DNA of 64,000 nt from an uncultured Nitrososphaerota archaeon (lineage in GTDB: Archaea; Thermoproteota; Nitrososphaeria; Nitrososphaerales; Gagatemarchaeaceae), in assembly GCA_963838925.1 (NCBI GenBank), contig CAWISW010000003.1, forward strand, positions 640,001 to 704,000, read 5' to 3'. This document shows positions 58,195 to 64,000 of the stretch, piece by piece (the first letter of the stretch is position 1; every line of letters begins with the position of its first letter). The notes under the pieces are model-generated. The model was given only the letters and a program-made list of their open reading frames with translations, had not been told where the DNA came from and searched no databases. The position numbers and the translations under genes were made by a program.

Positions 58195-58596
58195 TCAGAC
58201 GCGGGCCGACCTAAGTTCCAACACCGATTTGAAGCCCAAGAGCGCGACGAGGCTTCCAAGCACGATGTACAGGACGCTCACGGCTATCGGAAGGCCCCCG
58301 CCCACCTCGAGGTTGGGCTGGGTGCTGATGGCGACCCTGAGCGCGACGCCGAAGATCCCGAGCATCGACGCGCCTGCGTAGCTCCAGGCCTTCCCCATTC
58401 TGCAATATCGGATCAAGACTAGGCTGGCCACGATTATCGGTACGACCAATCCGACCGACAGAATCTGCATCTCGAGGGTGCCCGTTGACACCGTGATCAG
58501 GAGCGCCAGGACAATTGCTGCGACGAAGATCTCCAGCAGAGTCGTAGCCGCCTTCATGCTGACGGTCAGCGCGTTGTCTGCAGCCAACCTGGTCAA
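58195..58596 (-). CDS. Four-TM membrane protein
   Basis: Four hydrophobic helices, QPNLEVGGGLP loop. Confidence 0.75.
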   Translation of the reverse strand: MTRLAADNALTVSMKAATTLLEIFVAAIVLALLITVSTGTLEMQILSVGLVVPIIVASLVLIRYCRMGKAWSYAGASMLGIFGVALRVAISTQPNLEVGGGLPIAVSVLYIVLGSLVALLGFKSVLELRSARV

Positions 58597-58681
58597 CTCC
58601 TTCGTTCAGTTACTTAAGGCGGAGCAGGCAGGTCATCAGCGGACAAAGGCTTTAGAACTCGTCGGGCCTTCACGGCCCTTC

Positions 58682-59725
58682 TTGAAGGAGAGCTTCTTCA
58701 CGCTCCGAACGGTAATGTGGGACGAGGGGAGGGTCAAGATGATCGATCAGACTCTGCTCCCCGGCCGCCTGACCTACCGCTCCTACGACGACTGGGAGGG
58801 AGTGGCCGACGCCATCAGGACGCTCGTGGTGCGGGGCGCTCCAGCGATAGGAGTGGCCGCCGCGATGGGGGTCGCTGTCGCGGCCGTCAACTCCAAGGCC
58901 AAGGACGTCGAACAGCTCAGACTAGAGCTCGCGAAAGCCGCCTCGGGGCTCCGCGCGACCAGGCCCACGGCCGTGAACCTCTTCTGGGGGATAGACAGGG
59001 TGATGGGCGTCGCGGCCCGCTCGAGCAGTGTCGGAGCCGCCAAGCAGGCGCTGGTGAAGGAGGTCATCATGATGGCCGAGGAGGACGTAGAGGCCTGCAA
59101 GAGGCTCGGCAGGTTCGGGGCCGACCTGATCGACGACGGAGACACGGTCATCACCCAGTGCAACGCGGGAGCCCTCGCGACCGTGGGCTACGGGACTGCG
59201 CTCGGCGTCCTGCGCGCCGCGAGCGAGCAGGGCAAGTGCGTCAAGGTGATCGTCCCTGAGACCAGGCCGGCCCTACAGGGGTCGAGGCTGACGGCGTTCG
59301 AGCTCTCCAGGGACGGGTTCAGCTGCACGGTGATCTCGGACACGGCTGTGGGCTCCATGATGCAGTCTGGCAAGGTGGACAAGGCCGTCGTAGGGGCGGA
59401 CAGGATCACGAAGGACGGGTTCGTCTTCAACAAGATAGGGACGTACCAGGTGGCAGTCCTCGCGAAGCGCCACGGGGTACCCTTCTACCCAGCTGCGCCC
59501 ACCTCGAGCTTCGACCTCAAGCGGACGCACGACGAGGTCACCATAGAGGAGCGCCCCGCTCGGGAAGTCTTCGAGATCCGAGGCAGGCGGATTGCACCCA
59601 AGGGAGTCCCCATAGCGAACCCCGCGTTCGACATGACCCCGCCCGAGCTGGTGACCGCCATAGTCTCAGACCAGGGTATCATCGACAGCCCAGTACAGGA
59701 CAACATAAGGGCCGTAATTCGTTAA
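58682..59725 (+). CDS. mtnA: Methylthioribose-1-phosphate isomerase (eIF-2B family)
   Basis: IDQTLLP, VRGAPAIG, RPTAVNL, CNAGALAT, ETRPALQGSRLT, NKIGTY, NPAFDMTP. Confidence 0.93.
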   Translation: MKESFFTLRTVMWDEGRVKMIDQTLLPGRLTYRSYDDWEGVADAIRTLVVRGAPAIGVAAAMGVAVAAVNSKAKDVEQLRLELAKAASGLRATRPTAVNLFWGIDRVMGVAARSSSVGAAKQALVKEVIMMAEEDVEACKRLGRFGADLIDDGDTVITQCNAGALATVGYGTALGVLRAASEQGKCVKVIVPETRPALQGSRLTAFELSRDGFSCTVISDTAVGSMMQSGKVDKAVVGADRITKDGFVFNKIGTYQVAVLAKRHGVPFYPAAPTSSFDLKRTHDEVTIEERPAREVFEIRGRRIAPKGVPIANPAFDMTPPELVTAIVSDQGIIDSPVQDNIRAVIR

Positions 59726-59750
59726 TAACCATAGGAACCAACCTCTCATC

Positions 59751-59825
59751 GGGCCCGTCGCCTAGCTCGGACAGGGCACGGGGCTTCGGACCCCGGTGTC
59801 GCGGGTTCAAATCCTGCCGGGCCCG
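59751..59825 (+). tRNA. tRNA-Arg(TCG)
   Basis: Acceptor stem GGGCCCG/CGGGCCC, anticodon arm CGGGG-CTTCGGA-CCCCG, T arm GCGGG-TTCAAAT-CCTGC; no intron, no encoded CCA. Confidence 0.95.
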
Positions 59826-59935
59826 CTAATTATAAGTCAGTTCTGAGCTTATTCTGTCGGAAAGAGGCAGAATTGCGCCTTTTTTCGAATCAATTGGCGT
59901 TTGCAATGAGACAACCATACTTGGTGACGCGGCTC

Positions 59936-60817
59936 TCAGCCAACCGAACGCAGCAGGATATGGCGGACTGTGTACTCGTTGGTCTTTGAAGGAGAGCCTT
60001 GAGTACTCGTCTCTTGCACCATGTGCTCGTCAAGGGTGGCTTTTCTGAGCCAACGAGTGGCCAAGTCGACATACATGTCTCCCTTGTATTGGTCAACACC
60101 CTCCGTTACGGTGTCTTGATTTCTGGAATCCGGGATGACCATCTTGACCTTGCTATCTCCAGCATCGTATGCGACGAGTGCGCAGGGAACTCCATCGACA
60201 ACACTGACTCCCTTCAATTCAAGGCTTACCTCGCCATTCTGAAAAGTAGATCCGGGTTTGATCTCGGTACCGAATTTGACCGAAGCCTGGATGAAAGACG
60301 CGGGATGGATTATCCTTTGACCTATCTCCTTGAGATCCTGGATTCCTTTGCCAAACTTCATCGGTCGTAAGTATACGTCGTTGAAGCTATGGAAGTCGAT
60401 GAAATTGACATATGAGGCATAGCGGGTGCCGAAGGGTAACGCCTTCTCCTGATCGTCTGTTAGATTGATGAATTTCTCTTGCGAGATGCCCCAGAGTGGC
60501 CCGCGTTCGTCTCCGGACAATGTCGGATTGAATGTGTAGGTCCAGTTTCTGAGTTGAGGGATGGTAACGGACGGACCGTCATTGGTCTGTAGCTGAAGTT
60601 CCGAAACCGTATACTGGTCAACGTTTCCCGCCGGCGATGTCTTCGGGTCGTAATGGAGGTTTAGGACATAGGATTCTGTGCCGACTCTCCTTCCGTTCAG
60701 CTGGAAATGGATGTACTTTGTCTCCATGCGGAAATTCTGGACTCCCCTCTTTCTGTCGGAGGATAGGTCAAAGGAACCCTTGAGGTCTACTGTCGCCCAA
60801 GTCTCTGTGGTAGTCAT
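59936..60817 (-). CDS. Hypothetical beta-rich protein (low-GC cargo)
   Basis: 293 aa ORF directly downstream of the tRNA; atypical codon usage. Confidence 0.78.
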   Translation of the reverse strand: MTTTETWATVDLKGSFDLSSDRKRGVQNFRMETKYIHFQLNGRRVGTESYVLNLHYDPKTSPAGNVDQYTVSELQLQTNDGPSVTIPQLRNWTYTFNPTLSGDERGPLWGISQEKFINLTDDQEKALPFGTRYASYVNFIDFHSFNDVYLRPMKFGKGIQDLKEIGQRIIHPASFIQASVKFGTEIKPGSTFQNGEVSLELKGVSVVDGVPCALVAYDAGDSKVKMVIPDSRNQDTVTEGVDQYKGDMYVDLATRWLRKATLDEHMVQETSTQGSPSKTNEYTVRHILLRSVG

Positions 60818-60994
60818 TGTGTCGATGATACTATTTTACACCGATACCTGATAATAAGAACTGAAGACGATTCTCAGTCTTGAGAACCGTTGACTTGGGA
60901 AGGCGTCAATAATCGACGGCGCTCGTGGCACATTAGAACGGGGTGCTACTTGTCCGACCGCCTCGTTCCAATTCGGGTGAGCTATCCTTCCTGC

Positions 60995-61050
60995 CGGAAT
61001 CCACTTTCAGAACCCGTTCAGGGGCGGGCTCTACCGGGCCCGCAACCAAT
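60995..61050 (+). repeat. 56-bp direct repeat copy 1, resembling a degenerate tRNA-Arg 3' half
   Basis: 48/56 identical to 61905-61960; contains CCGGGCCCGC as at the tRNA 3' end. Confidence 0.85.
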
Positions 61051-61138
61051 GCCTCTCCCGTGTCGAATTCGAACTTCTTGAGCATGGTAGCGGAAATTGA
61101 ACATGATTCATATTCATGTCCTATCGGGCGTTTGTGAG

Positions 61139-61847
61139 TTGGAACCCGAGAAGCCCGCCGAAGAAATCCATTACGGAGACCGACTGATTGGCGCTATCAA
61201 ATCCATTGAGTGCGATCGGATTGGAGTCATCCTCAGACACTCCGTCAGGGATCAAGGTCGAATAGGCGAGATTGCCAATCCGAATATGGTCGCAGGGCTG
61301 ACCACTCACGGGCACGACGAATCGAAAAGGTTCGGCCGGTCGCTCCCCAGAAGGTTTCAACCTCGTTGTAAGCTATAGTCCGGTCCCTCGCTGCGTAGAG
61401 ACTGCAACAGGCATCATGAAGGGCTACTCGCATGTGAATTCCGGTAGCATATCAGACGTTGGAATAGACGATTCCTTAGCCGTGACCCACTTTTTCTCCA
61501 AGGACACAAGTGCAATGGAGTCACATAGGGAAAAGGTGGGAGGACTGGGTTTCCTTAGAGAATGGCTGGACGGGAGCCTTCCTGTCGGGATGATGAAATC
61601 CCCTTCCGAGGTGAAGCAGTTCGTGGTGAGCAGCGTTAGCAAGGACCTGAGGGCCCGTCAAGCCCCGCTCCTGCGGTTGTGGGTGGGGCACGATTACGGG
61701 CTGATAGTCCTGATAGAGACCATCTTTGGCGGACGATTCAAGGAAATCAAGTGGGTACCATATCTGGACGGCATAGTGTTTTGCTTGAGCAAGGAGGGAT
61801 CTCTCACCGCAACTTGGGACGGCGAAACTGTAAAACTAAACGCTTGA
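61139..61847 (+). pseudogene. Histidine phosphatase family gene, frameshifted near 61345-61360
   Basis: ILRHSVR...LTTHG in one frame; SPVPRCVETA...VGHD...YLDG in the next. Confidence 0.8.
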
Positions 61848-61904
61848 ATGCGACTCGGATTGGCCGTGCACCAGTCTCAAATTCTGCGTGCGATGACACG
61901 GTCT

Positions 61905-61960
61905 CGGAATCCATTTTGAGAACCCGTCCAGGCGCGGGTCCAGCCGGGCCCGCAACCAAT
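61905..61960 (+). repeat. 56-bp direct repeat copy 2
   Basis: CGGAATCCATTTTGAGAACCCGTCCAGGCGCGGGTCCAGCCGGGCCCGCAACCAAT. Confidence 0.85.
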
Positions 61961-62106
61961 CTAGTGAGTCCTTGGTTTCATCTAGCCGGATTCTCTGAGA
62001 CTCTTGCAGCGTAATGCGATTCTAAGACCTATGGCACGATGTGAAAGAAAGGGAATAGGCAAGCAACCTTCTTATCTGCTGCAGCCGTCCGATTTGCTGA
62101 TCCGAA

Positions 62107-63477
62107 GTGTCGGGGAGTTCGGCCGCAGAAACACCTGAGGCGGGGACGGTCGTTCTTGCAAGGCTCGACAGAATCCCGGTTTGGTCCTTGCCGCCGTCGT
62201 TTCTGGTGATCATCGGAATGGGCTACTTCTTCACCTTCTACGACATCACGGACATCGGGTTTGCGATGCCCGCAATCGCTCCGGCTTTCAATCTCACCGG
62301 CTCCGAGACTCTCTTCGTCGCTCTCTCTATCGGTCTCATCGGCTACATCTTCGGCTCGTACCTGATCGGGTCGCTTGCTGACCGGTACGGAAGATTTGAC
62401 ACGATGATTCTGACGATGATTCTAACGGCAGTGGGCTCATTTGGGGACGCCGCGGCCACTGGGATTGTCACGCTCTCAATCTGGAGGTTCGTCACGGGGA
62501 TGGGAGTTGGTGCGGATCTGAACCTGGTCTCGACATACATCGGAGAGCTCGCACCCTCGAAGATACGAGGCAGGATTTCCGTGCTCACCTTCCTGGTGGG
62601 AATCATGGGGCAGGCCGTCACCCCCTTTGCGGCGTTAGCGCTCGTCCCCAACTTCTCATTTGGATGGAGGGCTCTCTTCGTGATTGGCGGGGTAATCGCG
62701 GTCATTGCGCTCATCTTTCGGTTCAAACTTCCTGAATCTCCCAGATGGCTGGTGACTCATGGCAAACTCGACGAAGCAGAGAAAGTAGTAGGTCAGATGG
62801 AGCGGTTCGCCTCGGCAAAAGGGGTTCAGCTCCTAGAACCCGAAGCGGTGCGCATCTCCTCCGAGGAGGGCAAGTTCCCTACGTCCTACCTGTTCCGCCG
62901 TCCTTACTCGGGCAGATTGGTCCTCTTCGTCGGCATTTGGTTTCTTTGGTATATCGGAAACTATGGTTTCCTCGGCGATGCTGCCACGCTGCTTGCAAAT
63001 CAGAACATATCTATTGGCAATTCGATCCTCTATCTTGCCGTCGGGGCGGTGGGATACCCTGTCGGCGCAGCCATCATGCTTGTGCTTGCAGACAGGATTG
63101 AAAGGAAGCTGCTTGTTCTAGGTGCAGCGGTCGTCTGGATGATCGGAATGGTTTCCCTTGGCACTCTTGCCAATGACTTTGTCATCTCCGTTTCTGCCTT
63201 TCTTGCCGCTCTTGCCTTGGGGATGTATTTGCAGGTGGCCTACACGTTCACCGCAGAGAGCTTCCCGACAAGGGCAAGAAGCTCTGGTTTCGCGCTGAGC
63301 GATGGACTGGGGCACATCGGAGGCGCGATAGGCGCGCTCGCCCTTCCGATAGTGGTCGCACAGTTTTCATTCTTCGTTGGCTTTAGCGTGATTGGCCTCA
63401 CGGGCCTCCTCGCGGGACTCCTCGCCCTCTTAGGACCTTCGACCACAGGACGTAAGCTTGAACAGGTCTCAGGCTAG
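62107..63477 (+). CDS. MFS transporter (sugar/aromatic acid porter-like)
   Basis: ARLDRIP, LADRYGR, RFVTGMGVG, ELAPSKIRG, PESPRWL, ESFPTRAR. Confidence 0.93.
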   Translation: MSGSSAAETPEAGTVVLARLDRIPVWSLPPSFLVIIGMGYFFTFYDITDIGFAMPAIAPAFNLTGSETLFVALSIGLIGYIFGSYLIGSLADRYGRFDTMILTMILTAVGSFGDAAATGIVTLSIWRFVTGMGVGADLNLVSTYIGELAPSKIRGRISVLTFLVGIMGQAVTPFAALALVPNFSFGWRALFVIGGVIAVIALIFRFKLPESPRWLVTHGKLDEAEKVVGQMERFASAKGVQLLEPEAVRISSEEGKFPTSYLFRRPYSGRLVLFVGIWFLWYIGNYGFLGDAATLLANQNISIGNSILYLAVGAVGYPVGAAIMLVLADRIERKLLVLGAAVVWMIGMVSLGTLANDFVISVSAFLAALALGMYLQVAYTFTAESFPTRARSSGFALSDGLGHIGGAIGALALPIVVAQFSFFVGFSVIGLTGLLAGLLALLGPSTTGRKLEQVSG

Positions 63478-63582
63478 ACGAACTTGCAAAAAAGTACGAT
63501 GGTGCGCGTTCTCGTCGCGCGGGAACGCCTCGTCCCGACCGACGGTCCTGCTTAGGGCGGGGCCTGGTGGCGAGCTCGGTCC

Positions 63583-64000
63583 TTAGCTCACCGCTCTCTT
63601 CACGAGCGCGGCGATCCTTGCCTCTTCGGCGGCGGTCAACCTCTTCAGCGCGAACGCGTTCGGCCACATGGAGCCCTCGTCGAGGTTCGCCTTGTCGCTA
63701 AAGCCGATAGTCGAGTACCGCGTCTTGAACTTCTGCGCTGGTTGGAAGTGGCAGACGACCTTGTCGTCCTTGGCATAGGCGGGCATCCCGTACCAGAGCC
63801 TCGGCGAGAGGGCTGGGGCGTTGGCTTTGATGATAGCATGTAGCCGCTCGCCGATGGCGCGATCCGGTCCCGGCATCGCGGCGATCTTCGCAAGCACGGC
63901 ACTCTCCCCGTCCGTCTTGTCCGCGTTCAGCTCTTGGACGCGCTCCCTCATTGCGGCTCGTTCCTCGTCCGTGAATCCCGTGGGCTTCCTGCTGGTAGCG
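63583..64000 (-). CDS. DUF1801 (YdhG-like) protein, partial at the window end
   Basis: [44 protein letters not shown]. Confidence 0.9.
   Translation of the reverse strand, partial: ATSRKPTGFTDEERAAMRERVQELNADKTDGESAVLAKIAAMPGPDRAIGERLHAIIKANAPALSPRLWYGMPAYAKDDKVVCHFQPAQKFKTRYSTIGFSDKANLDEGSMWPNAFALKRLTAAEEARIAALVKRAVS

Noticed and set aside
60995-61960. 56-bp repeats as functional or split tRNA genes
   Set aside because: The TTC T-loop is missing and no 5' half or pairing leader is present.

Overview
High-GC archaeal chromosome segment. Markers include EF-2, Orc1/Cdc6, the RFC large subunit, DGGGP synthase, a tRNA-splicing endonuclease, PAC2, and TATA boxes about 30-33 nt before apparently leaderless starts. 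The endonuclease and gene set suggest Nitrososphaerota, probably a non-ammonia-oxidising lineage (inference). Housekeeping blocks alternate with accessory patches: (i) an 11.1-14.3 kb mosaic containing three homologous, unannotated two-gene microprotein cassettes interleaved with displaced copies of neighbouring gene ends; (ii) a lower-GC defence island (~15.8-26.3 kb: 3x-repeat membrane protein, UvrD/HelD helicase-nuclease, SIR2 protein, type IIG/ISP-like R-M enzyme); (iii) a RelE-like/wHTH islet bounded by a 20-bp duplication of the EF-2 3' end; (iv) an orphan contractile-tail tube gene; (v) a tRNA-Arg(TCG) followed by single genes separated by tRNA-like 56-bp repeats. Several conserved genes lack an ATG/GTG/TTG upstream of their conserved N-terminus and may start at ACG or CTG. 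An archaeal pentameric ligand-gated ion channel and the AmmeMemoRadiSam trio are also present. No CRISPR array or integrase was seen. All family calls are by motif recognition, not database search.
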